Both the position numbers and the translations under genes were made by a program. Source: Selaginella moellendorffii (Eukaryota; Plantae; Lycopodiophyta). From it: DNA of 64,000 nucleotides. Of this stretch, positions 1 through 13,010 are shown one piece after another (the first letter of the stretch is position 1; each line of letters starts with the position of its first letter). The stretch lies in the NCBI RefSeq assembly GCF_000143415.4, contig NW_003314271.1, positions 1,532,092-1,596,091 of the forward strand. Direction: 5' to 3'. The notes beneath the pieces were generated by a model, which saw only the letters and a program-made list of their open reading frames with translations, was not told the origin of the DNA and did no database searches.

Positions 1-394
1 TCGCCAGGGGCAAGCTATACTCCCAAGTGCACAGGAGGAGGATCCAATCTCTTACAACCGCGCCTAGCCACGAATCTCCACCCGATTGACGCGCGCCGAG
101 CTGCCGATTCCGGCGATCCAGCGCCGAGGTCCCTCGCTTCATCAGCGCATTCGTGGTGCCCCAGATCGAGCCAGTGACGAGCATCCATTCTACTGCCATT
201 TTCCCCAAGAACCCTAAAATTTGGGATCGTCGGATATTCCTTTCTTGCGGTTGTGACACGTGGCGGCGGCATGATTTCAACGGATCAGATTTTCTTGCCC
301 CGTTTTCGAATGACCTGTGGAGGGGGAAAATTCGTTTTCTTTGTCTCTCGCTTCTTGGCCGGTCGCGTCCGCCAAGGTCGATCGATCACGCGCG

Positions 395-1324
395 ATGCCG
401 CCAGTGGTTCTCGACAATATTTCCAGCTGCCGCTCGTCGCCGATCCACTGGAATCCCACTCCAGTCCCAGCGCCGGCCTTCGATGGATTCGTCCCCGACC
501 TCGCGGTGCCGGAGGATCTATCGTGGGAGCACTGCATCCGGATCCTCAACAACAGCGGCCGATCGCTCCCCAGGAGCTCTGGCTACCCGGTTTTTGGCAG
601 CCAGCGCTACAAGAGGTCTGGAATCGCTCGGAATCTCGCAAGCTCGATCAGCAGGGCCACCAGCCCCATGGCGTCCGAGTTCTCCACAATCTCCCCTCTT
701 TTCGACGGCCAGCCCCAGCTCAAGCGCTCGGCAACCGCGCGGCAGCTCAATGCGTGCTCGGTGAGCCGCGCGACGAGCCCTCTCCCCTCGGAATTCTCGG
801 ATTTCCCCACCACCACCAAGGATTTCGAGCAGCACAGCAAGGATTTCGACCAGCGCAGCCTCGACATCGATCTTGCCGGCTCGCCGGGCAAGAACAGCGG
901 CCCTGGGATCATGAAGAAGATCTTCGGTCAGCTGGCCGGAGCTGGGAAGAACCGCCTGTCCAGATCGTCGTCCCTCTCCAGCAGCGCTCGCAGATCGGCG
1001 AAGAAATCCGGGGCAAAATCTCCCCCACCGCGGCTCTCTTGCGTCGCCCTCACCGGCGATGGCGATCCAAGGATCTCTTCGGTAAATCTTGGCGCTGACG
1101 ACGAGATCTCGATCGATTGCGAGCAGGAGCTGGGATCCAGGAACATGAGGCGCTGGCTCCAGTACCAGCAGTGGATGGCGATGGTGGCCCGGGCCGAGAA
1201 TAATCTCAGCGAGCTCTCCAGCATGCTCCAGTACGCGGTGAAATCCATGGCGGACTCCCGGGAGATGGATTTCTTCGTGGAGGAGATGCAGCAGCGGCAA
1301 TCGAGCATCTACTACGCGAGCTGA
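395..1324 (+). CDS. Hypothetical intronless Ser-rich protein (309 aa from first ATG)
   Basis: Long GC-rich open frame (track ORF 317-1324 opens on GTG; first in-frame ATG at 395, MPPVVLD...). No recognisable domain; helical-looking C-terminus. Confidence 0.5.
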   Translation: MPPVVLDNISSCRSSPIHWNPTPVPAPAFDGFVPDLAVPEDLSWEHCIRILNNSGRSLPRSSGYPVFGSQRYKRSGIARNLASSISRATSPMASEFSTISPLFDGQPQLKRSATARQLNACSVSRATSPLPSEFSDFPTTTKDFEQHSKDFDQRSLDIDLAGSPGKNSGPGIMKKIFGQLAGAGKNRLSRSSSLSSSARRSAKKSGAKSPPPRLSCVALTGDGDPRISSVNLGADDEISIDCEQELGSRNMRRWLQYQQWMAMVARAENNLSELSSMLQYAVKSMADSREMDFFVEEMQQRQSSIYYAS

Positions 1325-1412
1325 GAAAGTGTTCTTCGATCTATCCTAAATTTAAAAATCCCCTTCTATTTGTTATTTTGTTTCAGGTTTTTAGGTTTAG
1401 GGTTCTTGGGCA

Positions 1413-3035
1413 ATGGAGCACCAAGAGGATTCCAAGAAGCGCAAGATCAAGGAGGAGTCGGATCTTCACGATGCGCCAATGGAGGGATACGAGGCGCCGG
1501 TGCCGCTGCGCTTGTCTCGGGACGATTTGAAGCGATTGCTGGAGCCCTTGAGCAAGGAGCAGCTTGTGGCACTTCTCACCGACGCGTAAGGCCTCTCTTC
1601 TCTCTCTCGCTCGTTTCTTTCTCTTTCTTTTCTCTCAGATCATACCGGTACTCCACCTTTGTGCTTCGATTTGGATCCGAATTCCGCAAAGAGAGGGCAG
1701 CGATGGTGTTATGGTTTTACTTGTGGACTGGTTTTTTCTTGTTTCGAAGGACATTGGTGGAGTATTTGTGTTTGATTTGCTCCTCATTCTTCTTTTTTTC
1801 ATCCTGGATTTTTCTGGATGGATTGACTGGGAATGCTTGTCCTTGTGGGTTTTTGTATCTGCAGAGGTTCTCAATACTCTGCGGTTGCAGATGATATTAG
1901 AGAAGTTGCGAGCAAAGATCCTGCTCATCGGAAGCTCTTTGTGCGTGGGCTGGCTTGGGAGACTACTTCACAGGATCTGCGTGAAGTGAGTGTTTTTTCA
2001 TGCATGGGTTGGTGGCTGGCTTGAACATGAACTTGGTGTTCTTGGTCGTGCCATAGTCTTTAAAGTTTCTTTGCTTCTCTCGCTGGATGCCTGATGCTCT
2101 TGCTGGATGCTTTGCAGGCTTTCGAGCAATTCGGGGAGATTGAGGAAGGAGCTGTGATCATCGACAAGGCCACTGGCAAGTCGAGAGGATTTGGATTTAT
2201 CACGTTCAAGCATATGGACTCGGCACAGAGAGCCTTGAAAGAACCCAGCAAAACGATCGATGTAAGTTTTTATATTCTCTTTGCCGAGGCATTTACACTC
2301 GTTGATCGATCTCCGCAGGGAAGGATTACGGTTTGTAACTTGGCCTCAGTGGGAACCTCAGGAAGCGGAGGCACCAACGATCAAGCGCAAAGGAAACTCT
2401 ACATCGGGGGCTTATCATACGAGACCTCAAACGAGACGTTGTTAAACATCTTCTCGAAATACGGCGAGATAGAGGAGGGCGCTGTGGCCTACGACAAGAA
2501 CACCAACAAATCAAGGTGAAACACTACTTCCCAGTCGATTTCCTCATTCCAAACTTACGAGCACGGCTTTGTTTTCCAGGGGCTTCGCCTTCGTCACTTA
2601 CAAAACCGTGGAAGCAGCAAGGAACGCCATCGACGATCCCAACAAGACGATCGAAGTAAGTCACAGCTTTCTTGTCCTTTCTAGCGTGAGCGAACTTTTC
2701 TCTCCTCTCTCCAGGGACGCCATGTTATCGTCAAGCTGGCGGCCGAGGGCCAAAAAGAGAAAGCTCCACAGGTATCGGCCCCGAGCCAAGGTCCGCAAGC
2801 ACAGCCCGGCTACAACGTAGTGAATCCAAACATCCCAGCTTACGCGAGGCCACCGCCGCCGGGGACCATCTTGGGCTTCAGTCCGCACACCGCCGTGCCA
2901 GCTTACTCGGCTGCGTACGCTGGAATCGCGACCATGGCGTCGCAGTATACCCCGCAGTACGCTGGCGCACAGTATGGAATTCCCGCTCCACAGCCCGGCC
3001 AGAATGGAACTGGGGGATACTACGCTCCAAATTAA
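1413..3035 (+). CDS. UBP1-associated protein 2 (UBA2)-like RNA-binding protein, two RRMs; exons 1413-1585, 1865-1985, 2118-2261, 2319-2515, 2580-2655, 2715-3035
   Basis: Five GT-AG introns splice in frame. Motifs: [11 protein letters not shown]...[37 protein letters not shown] (RNP1), [18 protein letters not shown], then a Pro/Tyr/Gly-rich tail. Confidence 0.9.
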
Positions 3036-3184
3036 CAACACTGGTGTAAATTATCAAAATGCTCTAAAAAGCTGAGTTTTGGCGCGAAAATTTGAATTGC
3101 CCCAAAGATCACGATTAGGGCTCTTGTATGCGAGGGTGGCACAAAATTGAAGAATTCCCTCATCCAAGACGAATTGCTCTCGCC

Positions 3185-4006
3185 TTACTCGCAATCATGA
3201 GCTCGTCTTCTCTTGAGATTCACCTTGAACCTGAGCTCACCATACTGCTTGATGAGCTCCTCCACGCCCCCCACCTGAAAGTTGAAGAGATCCACGCACA
3301 CATTCCCCAGCCAAGCGGAAAGCTTGTTGAAGCCACCACACGCCACGATCATCTTTCCCGCTTCCAGGTCCTCGACCAGCTCGTCGTACTTCTCCTGAAC
3401 AAAAGGGCCATAGTGTTCGTCGAAAACAACATCTGGTGTGCTCGGATCCTTGTCCACCAGCGATTCCTACGAGAAGCACCCGAAACCGAGCAGTGCCTGC
3501 CACTCGTGCGCCAGCATCCGCGCATCAAACACCAGCCGCGCCTGCATCTTCAGCGATCCAACAAGTCCCGCTCCACCCAAGAGACCACCTCTTGCCAAAA
3601 CTTTCTCGATCCCGGGCCCTCGAATCTCGCGGGGTATGCTGGGCTTGGCCCTGATGTACTTAATCAGAGGCGGGCTAAACAGTCCTGCTGTTCTTGCCTC
3701 TTCCTGGACTGCTTCGATCGACGTTGGTCTCCTCTTGTAGCTGTCGACGCAAAGGCGAACGTTAACAAAGTGAGGTCGTCGTTCCAAATACCTTCGTAGA
3801 ACGTCATGGCTGAGGTACGATGGCCTCTCGCGGACAATGGCATTGATGGCTGCATATTCACTCACACCTGACCTGCAAACCTGCTGGATCCTGTGGTCTA
3901 GCCTGCGTCCGCAACGCCGTAGAAGCCATCATACTGCCAAAATTGTCTAGAACTTGACCCCAAATCCCCGTCCCAAGAGCTTTTGCTTGAGCAGCTGCGT
4001 CGCCAT
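3185..4006 (-). pseudogene. Gene X family copy 0 (diverged, frameshifted, no polyQ)
   Basis: Fragments 3467-3865 and 3185-3457 align to the 302-aa ORF at 30522 (NVRLCVDSYKRRPTSIEAVQEE; CVDLFNFQVGGVEELIK). Frameshifts and stops at the 5' end. Confidence 0.8.
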
Positions 4007-4149
4007 CCCTGGAGCCCTAAAGAGAAGGAATCGCCATTAACTTTTTTTTTTGCGCTTTTCTCGTAGCGCGTAACAGCGATGGCGCTGCGTAGTTTCCAGG
4101 GCGCGGCCATCTCTTTTTTTTCGCTAAAGAAGAAAGTTTCTTTGATTCA

Positions 4150-4840
4150 CAGAGAGCCGCGAGGAGGACGAGGACGTTAGCTCCCAAGCAGCGTGGCCAT
4201 CCTCGTGAATTTCATCGTCCATGGCGGCCGTATGGTCGCTGTGGAGTCTAAAGCCCTACGACTCGATGGAAAGTGCGGTAAGGTCGTCTCTCTCTGCAAA
4301 GCTGGAAGTCTTTGTTTGGTATTTTTTTTCTTTTGAGCTAGCTATGTTTTGGTTCTCTGTGGCTTTCCAACCACTCGAGATTCGGGCCAGCTCTCCAAAT
4401 CTCAAGTGGTTGGAAAGCCACAGAGAAGAGCTGGTTTCTTGGGTGGAGCGGACCACTCGCTGGGAATAGGCAGCTTTCAGCAATCTGACAATTGGTTTTG
4501 CTAGACAAAGCAAACATCTTTAAATAATTTCTTTTCTTTCCTTGCGCAGCACGAGAGGCCTGCCTGCTGAAAACTTACGACTATTCAAGCGAAGTTCACG
4601 GCCTTTTCACCGAGAGAGGTTTCTCTGGTTTCAAGCCGTTTACAGAGCGGCTCTTTGTAGAGCGTCTCTGCGAATGATCGTCGGAGCTCTCAAAAACCAA
4701 AGCATCGTTGGCAGAGCACAGACCAAGGTCGGCCCTGGAACAACTGGCCACAGAGAAGCTGCGAGAAGAAGCCTGAGTTGGTGAAGTAGACGAAGAAACT
4801 TTTGTCACTCTCAAATGCAGTGTCTTCTGGAAAGTCTTTA
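4150..4840. pseudogene. Scrambled remnants of the gene W region of the repeated cassette
   Basis: Short blocks match 54170-54840 and 24880-24920 in mixed orientations (GCTAGACAAAGCAAACATCTT, AGAGAAGCTGCGAGAAGAA). Confidence 0.55.
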
Positions 4841-4926
4841 ATTGCATGTACCCAGTTGACCAATCTTTTTTTTTGGCAATAAACTTTCAACATTATTTAA
4901 TCAAATTAAAAGCTCTAAATTACTAT

Positions 4927-5097
4927 TGTGAGGGCTAAGTGTACGGCTACGATGCTGTATATTAATATTAGCATAGTGGGATTTTGGTAGCTGTCGGATT
5001 GGTTTTAATTTAAACCACTCACTTCTATATATAAAATTTTTGGGCTAATTAATATGCATCTTTTCTGTATTCCCTTTTCATATTCCAATCACTCACA
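4927..5097 (+). repeat. 5' LTR of element A copy 1
   Basis: TG...CA termini, homologous to 35140-35313. Confidence 0.9.
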
Positions 5098-5374
5098 TTG
5101 GTGGAGATGAGAGGCATTTTTAATTGTCCTTAAGGAGTGGTTAAATTTGGGATTTTGGTTTAAATCTAGCTTTTGCATCATCTAGATCTAATTTTTTCCA
5201 TTTCCTTTCTTTTATTCTTCTCTTTCAAGATTTTAGTTTAGATTTAGCTTTTTGCATTATTTAGATCTACCATTTCCTTTTAGCTTTTTGTCATTTTTCT
5301 TCTTTTGCTCTTTTTTTTCCGTTTCTCTTCATGGCAGATCAACAACTCCTCATTTAACTCTAGAGCAGCAGTTG

Positions 5375-8300
5375 TGTGAGACACAAATCCCTAAGCCCCA
5401 AAGTGAAGCCGAAAGGGTGCCACGTGGTAGTGGCCGAAGCAAAAGCCAAACGAGCGTAACACATTTGGACTAAAAGGCTCCGATTTGAAAGGTCGAGAGC
5501 AAGAGTGGAACTCCCAACGGAGTGCTCAAGGAACGAGCATGAAGCGAGCAATAAGTGAGGCTCCAAAAAGGGACCCAAAAGGACCAACACATGACATGTG
5601 GAAGTGTCCAACATAGAGTCCGAGGTGGACCCGAGAAGGAGTCTGAGATGGAGTCCGAGATGGAGTCCAAGAAGGACCCGAGATGGACCCGAGATGAAGT
5701 CCGAGATGGACCAAAATGGAGTCCGAGATGGACCCGAGATGGAATCCGAGATGGAGTCCGAGAAGGACCCGAGATGCAGTCCGAGATGGACCCAAGATGG
5801 AGTCTGAGGTCGAGACTGAGACCAGGACCGAGACCAAGACTGAGACCGGGACCGAGACCGAGATTGAGACCGGAACTGAGACCGAGACCGAGGCCGAGGC
5901 CGAGTCCGAGTCCGAATCCGAGTTCGAGTTTGAGAGGGTGAAAGCCCAAAGCGTTCGTCTCCCAATCCCTAGGGGGTTTGGTGAGCTCCAAAAGTATAGT
6001 AAAGGGGAGGACTACAGTAGAGCCAGTTTAGCCAGGAAAGGCCAGTTTGGCCCAGGAAGGTTGTACCCATTGTTGGGTGATGAGCTGCCCATTGAGAAGT
6101 CTAAAGCTAGAGTGAACACAAATCGACAAGTAGGGTAGCTTGGTGAAGTTTTCAAGAGCCGGCTCTAGTTCCCCCGGGAGATTGACTGGCCGATGCTCCC
6201 AGTCCAAGTATGGGTGGCACTACCTACTTGGATACCAGGCGTGGCTCAACAGAACCTCGCTCTAAGCCCATGGCTAAAGCACATAAAGGCGGAAGGCCAG
6301 GAGAGTACCCAAGTGGCTCGCATAAGGCCACGGTGTTCCGAAATGTTGCCCTAAAGTCCCAAACTGTGGAAAGGAAGAGGAGCAAACCTTTGGCATAGTG
6401 ACAAAGTACATAGTCACATGGTGAGGAAGTCCCAAAGGGCATTGGGACTTAGTGGTCGGGCCTGTGGGCCTTGATCTAGTGGCAGTGTTGGTGAACACGG
6501 CCATGGGTAGGACGGGACTTGGTTGGGACTAAAAGAGGGATAGTGGGGAAGGCTGTTTTCCATGTCGGTGGGCATCCGAAGGATTCTAAAGAGTGGATCT
6601 GTGATGACCACTCATGGATGGTTGGCCCAGTCTTGGAGGGGCAGGACTGTGATGCAAGTGGTATTGGACCACTAGTGCGGCAAAGGTGATTGGGCATGGC
6701 TTTAGCGTAACAGGCTGCTATGTCAGTGGTACCTTTGAGTGTCGGTCAAGGGATCAGACATGTGGAGCACTTGGACCAAGTGCAAAGGTTGAGTGGCGGG
6801 GATGCCATTCTCGGGGCTAGCAAGCCCAAATCCGAAATAGAACTTATGGAGGTTGTGAGTAAGACTCCTCCAAGTGGTCGAATGTGTGGTTAAGTGGTTA
6901 AAGTAGAATGGAAAAATTAATCACTTACAACTTGGTATCGGAGCTGTTCTTTAATCTAACTTTTATTGGTGCTGAAATATATCACCACTAGTGTTGGCAT
7001 CGGAAGGTCCTAGGATGGGCTTGTCCTTGAGGAGTAGCAAGTCGGGAAGACATGGCTCTCCACTACAGTTCACGTGTGAACTTGTAGGCAAGGTGGTGGA
7101 TAGAAAAGGGGCAATGATGGAATGACTTTGGGATCTTGGGAATAGTGTAAGGCTTTTCTTATTGAGTGAGGATGTGATCTAAATGAGCGTTTGATGCAGC
7201 AAACAGGCTAACATAGTTGTGGTAAACAACTATAGTTGGGATCACAAGAAAGATGCAAACTCTAAAACAAGTCACAAGATTACCCTCATATAGTTGAGGT
7301 TAGTGCTCATAACTTTGAAACCGGAATTGATGACCATGGGAGGTCAAATACAGAAAAGGACACAAGTCCTCGAAATGGTAACAGGGGCTACCTCTAATAA
7401 ATGCTAGAACAACCCAAGGAGTTGGGGGTGTACTCAGAGGATGAGTTGGTATTCTCATCATATGGACAAGTGGTCTTAAGGGGCAAAAGGTTGCCCCAAG
7501 AGAACAAATCAAGTGTCGGAGTAACACTTGCAAAGATGGTCCTTGTGAGTAGGACTTGAATATAAGAAGTTGTATTCTAGTGAGCTAGCACCTCAAAGGT
7601 AGGACCTCACGGGTCGTCGGATGATAAAGTCCAAAAAGCTGGGTGACTCAAATAAGAGTCAAGGAATAATCCTAAGGGATTGGTTGAAGCATTTGGACTG
7701 AGGTGGAAGCATTTGGATTGAGGTGTATAGTGCCCCATGAGGTATGAGGAGGATCATAAAATCCAAGTATGAAAACAATAGGTATCTCATTGATGGCAGA
7801 ATATGCCATACTAAAGTTGTGGGAAAGATGTTCCCAGAAGAAAGTAACTTTGGCTCAGAGTTGGGTGCAAACACTATAGTGCGGTGTTAATGGATAGTTA
7901 GCATGAGGAACAACCATATTGGTCTTGGCAAAGACCTAAACACTAATAAGTAGTGTCATAAGGATAGGCTCGTGGGGCCAATGGTGTGGATACACCAAAC
8001 GTGCCAAGGTGTGATACCTTAAGGTTATGTTAGTGGGTTCATAAAAACCCCTTGCCAAAGGGAATCCCAACGGAAATGGGAATGGCATAGCCTAAGCTGG
8101 AAGGCATGTGGTAGAGTGTGGTGACCAAAACAATGATGAAGGTGTGGAAGCACCAGCAATGAGTTATAGGACTTAACAACTATGAGGCAACTAAGCAAAA
8201 GGTGCAAAATAATTTGTTAAACTGGTAGAAGGTAACTACCCAAGACATCTTAATGACATAAGGAAGTTAGATATACCCTTATGCGGAATAAATTGTTTAT

Positions 8301-8441
8301 GTTGTGATATAGTAAGTCAATGTCGTAAAAAGGAATGTTCATTGTCTAAGAGGCCATCATTTGGGACACCCAAACACTTTAGAACACTAGGAGGTGGTGT
8401 TTGATGTCGCAAGGGCAATAAATAAGGCCCAAGGGACTAAA
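5375..8441 (+). mobile_element. Element B, 3'-truncated copy (5' LTR 5375-6929, PBS 6933-6944, part of the internal region)
   Basis: Starts TGTGAGACAC inside the host gag, LTR ends CTTACA, then TGGTATCGGAGC. Internal sequence matches 37818-39318 and then jumps to host pol sequence at ~8442. Confidence 0.9.
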
Positions 8442-11425
8442 TCATACTTCCTTATGTTTCATCCATTCCTTTCACTTTTGTACCTCTTTGTCCCTCTACT
8501 TGTACCTCTGTTTCCATTACTTTTGTTCCCCCACTATTTCCTCCTATGTTTTTATTTTGTTCTGCTCTTCCTTTTTCTGATCCCTTTGACGATCTTTGTG
8601 TCGCAGCGGTGGACCGGCTCATGAAGGAGTATTCTGATCTTTTTGAATTTGACCTATCGTCTGGGGCCAAGATTGCCACATGTCATCCAATTCCAACTGG
8701 GGATGCTCGTCCAATCAAGGTTTTCGTTTGTCGTCGGTCACCCAAGGAGATCAAAATTTTACGTGCAAATGTCAAGGAGATGTTGGAGAAGGGTGTTATT
8801 CAAAAGTCGTGGAGTCCTTGGGCATGTGAACCTTATCTTGTGACAAAGCCTGATGGGAGTATTCATTTCTGCATCGACTATAGTACGTTAAACGAAGTGA
8901 TGAATGTGTACCCTCTTCCTCACACTGTTGATCTCTTAAATCTTCTGGGGCAAAGTCGTTGGTTCACCAAGCTAGATCTTGCTTTTGGGTACTGGCAAGT
9001 ACCGATGGCCAAAAAAAATATTCCTAAGACTTCTTTTCATACACTATTTGGTTTGTATAAGTTTTTGGTGATGCAGTTTGGTTTGAACAATACTCCAGCA
9101 ACTTTCCAGCGGATGATGGACGAAATTCTTTGCGATATGCCAGAAGTGACTGCTGACTTCATTGATGATGTTTTGCTCCACTCGAAGGGGATGTGGGAGG
9201 AGCACATTTGTGATGTTTGTAAAGTGTTGGATTGGCTCCGTAACGTTGGTTTAAAGTTGAAGCGGTTGAAGTGCGTGTTTTGGTCCAAAGATACAACTTA
9301 TCTTGGGTACCATATTTTTCGTGAGGGTTTGCAAGTTGATCTTGATAAACTTATGGTTATTCTAAATGTTCTTACTCCGAAGTGTGTGAATGATGTACAA
9401 TGCTTCTTGGGCAAAGTGTAGTATCTCGGTCTTTTTGTGATCACACTGCACCATTGCGAGCGTTGCTAAAGTCATCAACATCATCTTTTATCTGGTCTTG
9501 TCAGATAAGTCCCATAACCTAGATTGTGAGCGGGCGTTCAGGGATCTCAAAGAGCTATTGACGACTCCTCAAGTTTTAGCATATCTTGACTACACTCGAT
9601 CTTTTATTTTGCGTGTGGATGCTTTTGATATTGGTCTTGGAGGTGTGTTGATGCAAGAGAGCTCGAGTGTGCTTGGTTAGCGCCATCCTATTGTGTATAT
9701 AAGCCATACATTACAACCAGCAGAAATGAACTACTCCACGACAGAGAATGAGTGTTTAGTAGCAGTTTGGGGTTTCGAGAAACTTCATCCATATTTACAT
9801 GGTTCTTAGACGTTACTTGAAGGTGATCATGTTGATGTTACTTCATTATTGAAGCGGAAGAACTTGGTTGGTCGTACTGCTTGATGGGCTTTAAAGCTTC
9901 AAATATATGATTTTGATATTGTTCATCGCCTAGGGAGTTTTATGGCTGATGCTAATGCCCTTTCTCGAGCTCCTCTTCCTTCTCCATTCTTTTCTCATGT
10001 TTCTAACGAGCTTGTTGTTCTAGCTTCTGTGGATTTTTTAGACGAAGATTCTGTGCCGTTGACGGTTGCTATTCTTGACGTTCAGTATCCTTAAGGTGCA
10101 GAGCAAGATCTACCTTCTCTTGATGAGGTTTGTGAGGCTCAAAAGATTGAGCCATAGATTCGAAGGCTTCAAGATGGGTTTGAGAATCTTACATCACTTG
10201 CTAGTGACTTGCCTTTCCGGCATTTACATTTTCAATATCGCCTTGAAGATGGCCTTCTTTATTTTATAGGGACGAATCTTGATGATCATTTACGGCTGGT
10301 GGTGCCTTTTATCTTTATTCTGCAGTTTCTCCATGCCTACCATGATTCTCCTATTCTATGTGGGCATATGGGACATTGTTGTGTAACCGAGAAGTTGCGC
10401 AAGTCTTTCTATTAGCCGGAGATGCGATGTGGTATGTGCGTAGCTGCGTTTGGTGCCAAACTCGTAATACTCCCCCTCAGGCTACGGAAGGACGGTTGGA
10501 GTCAATTGCAATTTCTCGTCCATTTGAGTTGGTGGCATTTGATCTTATGGGACCTTTTCCACAGTTGATTGCTAGCAATGAGTATATTATTATTGCTTCT
10601 GACTACTTGACTCATTGGGTGGAAGTTGGTACTCTTGCTAGCGCCTCTACAACTGCTGTTATATACTTCCTCCTCAATCGAGTGGTGTTCTAGCATTCTT
10701 GTCTAGAGTGGATTCTTTCGGATAATGGTCCCGCATTTATAGCTGAGGCATTTCATGTTTTGACATCTCGGTTGGGGATACACCACACTTTCACGAGTGC
10801 TTATCATCCATAATCAGACGGTATAGTGGAACGGCTCGTTCGGACATTCAAGGGGATGATTGTGAAGCATGTGAACTTTCAGCATTCGGATTGGGATGGT
10901 TATTTGCCGTCTCATCGGTATGCATATGTCACAGTGGTGTAGGGTTTTGTTGGTGCTTCACCATATAAACTTTTATATAGTCATGATCCAATATTACCAA
11001 CGGAGCTGGGTTTACCTTCGCGATTGCCATGAGCTGCCGATGCTAAGTCATGGGATCAGTATTTGACGAGCATTCTTTCACTTGTCCGAGCGAAGTCTAC
11101 TGAACACTTAGGCTGTGTACAAGTGGGACAACAACGGCAGTACAACTCTCATCATTGTCCACTTGCAAAATATAAAGTGGATGATTTGGTGTTAGTCCAT
11201 TTTCCCCATCTTACGGTATGTGGTTTATCTAAGGGGCTCTTTGCGTTGTGGAAAGGACCATATCGAGTGTTGCGGCAAGTTGGACCACAAGTTTATGAGG
11301 TTCGACATGACATCCAATAGGCCAATCCTCCAAAGATTGTGCATGTGTAGCGGTTGAAACGCTTCATAGAAAGGGATCAGGAGCAGTTAATACCACCTAC
11401 AGATCCACTAATGCCTCCTCCTAAC
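8442..11425 (+). pseudogene. Decayed pol (RT-RNaseH-integrase) of element A copy 1
   Basis: ORF pieces 8546-9421 (LDLAFGYWQ, FIDD), 10358-10693 (DLMGPF) and 11063-11320 (WKGPY), with many stops and frameshifts relative to 43842-47216. Confidence 0.95.
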
Positions 11426-12430
11426 TGTAAGCGACTAATTTTTCCATTCTACTTTAGTCACTTAACCACACCTTCGACCACTTGGAGGAGTTTCACTCAC
11501 AACCTCCTTAAGTCCAATTCAGGACTTGGGACTTGCTAGCCCCAAGAATGGCATCCATGCCACTCAACGCTTGCACCTGGTCCAAGTGCTCCACGTGTCC
11601 GGTCCCAAGACCGACACCCAAAGGTACCACTGACATCTCGGCCCGTTACGCTAAGGCCATGCCCCTTCACCTTTGCTGCACTAGTGGTCCAATACCACTT
11701 GCATCACCATCCCGTCTCTCCAAGACTGGGCCATCTGTCCACGAGTGGTCATCCTAGATCCACTCCTTAGCATCCTTAGGATGCCCACAGACCGGGGGAA
11801 TTGCCTTCCCCAAAGTCCCTTTGTCAGTTCCTACCAAGACCCTTTCTGCCCCTGGCCGTGTTTGCCAACACTGCCACTGGATCGAGGCCCACAGGCCCGA
11901 CCACTAAGTCCCACGGTCCTCTGGGACTTCCTCACCACACGACTGTATCCTTGGTCACTACCCCAGAGGACTGCTCCTCTTCCTTTCCACAGTCTAGGCC
12001 TTTGGGACAACATTTCGGAACACCGTGGCCTTACGCGAGCCACCTGGGTACTCTCCCCGCCTTTCGCCTTTAGGTGCTCTAGCCATGGGCTTAGAGCGAG
12101 GTTCCGTTGAGCCATGCCTGGTATCCAAGTAGGTAGTGCCATTCACACTTGGACTGGGAGCATCGGCCAGTCGATCTCCCGGGGGAACTAGAGCCGGCTC
12201 TTGAACACTTCACCAAGCTACCCCGCTTGTCGGTCTGTGTTCACTCTAGTCTTGGACTTCCCAGTGGGCAGCTCATCACCCAACACTGGGTCCGGCCTTC
12301 CTGGGCCAAACTGGCCTTTCCTGGCCAAACTGGCTCCACTGCAGTCCTCCCCCTACTATACTTTTGGAGCTCACCAAACCCCCCAGGGTCTGGGAGACGA
12401 ACGCTTTGGGCTTTCACCCTCTCAGGCTCC

Positions 12431-13010
12431 GGACTCGGACTCGGACTCGGACTCGGACTCGGACTCAGACTTGGACTCGGGTTCGGACTCGGACTCGGGC
12501 TCGGGCTCGGTCTCGGCCTCGGCCTCGGTCTCGGTCTCGGTCCCGATCTCGGTCTCGGTCTCGGTCTCGGTCCCGGTCTCGGTCTCGACTTCGGACTCCA
12601 TCTCGGACTCCACCTCGGACTCCATCTCGGACTCCATCTCGGGTCCATCTCGGGTCCATCTCGGACTCCATCTCGGACTCCATCTCGGGTCCATCTCGGA
12701 CTCCATCTCGGGTCCATCTCGGACTCCATCTTGGACTCCATTTTGGGTCCATCTCGGGTCCACCTCGGACTCCATCTCGGACTCCATCTCGGACTCCATC
12801 TCGGGTCCATCTCGGACTCCACTTCGGACTCCAGCTTGGGTCCATCTCGGGTCCACCTCAGACTCCATCTCGGACTCCACTTCGGACTCCAACTCGGGTC
12901 CATCTCGGGTCCACCTCGGACTCCACTTCGGACTCCATCTCGGACTCCACTTCGGACTCCAACTCGGGTCCATCTCGGGTCCACCTCGGACTCCACTTCG
13001 GACTCCATCT
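12431..13010. repeat. Tandem array in element-B LTR (6-mers CTCGGA/CTCGGT and 11/12-mers CTCGGACTCCAT/CTCGGGTCCAT)
   Basis: Directly visible periodicity. Equivalent arrays at ~5615-5930, 18312-18908, 36148-36810 and 42117-42775. Confidence 0.95.

Noticed and set aside
518-1300. Long antisense or overlapping ORFs over GC-rich genes (also 30753-31436, 49911-50705, 51619-52323, 62683-63315)
   Set aside because: Expected shadows of GC3-rich coding sequence; no motifs.
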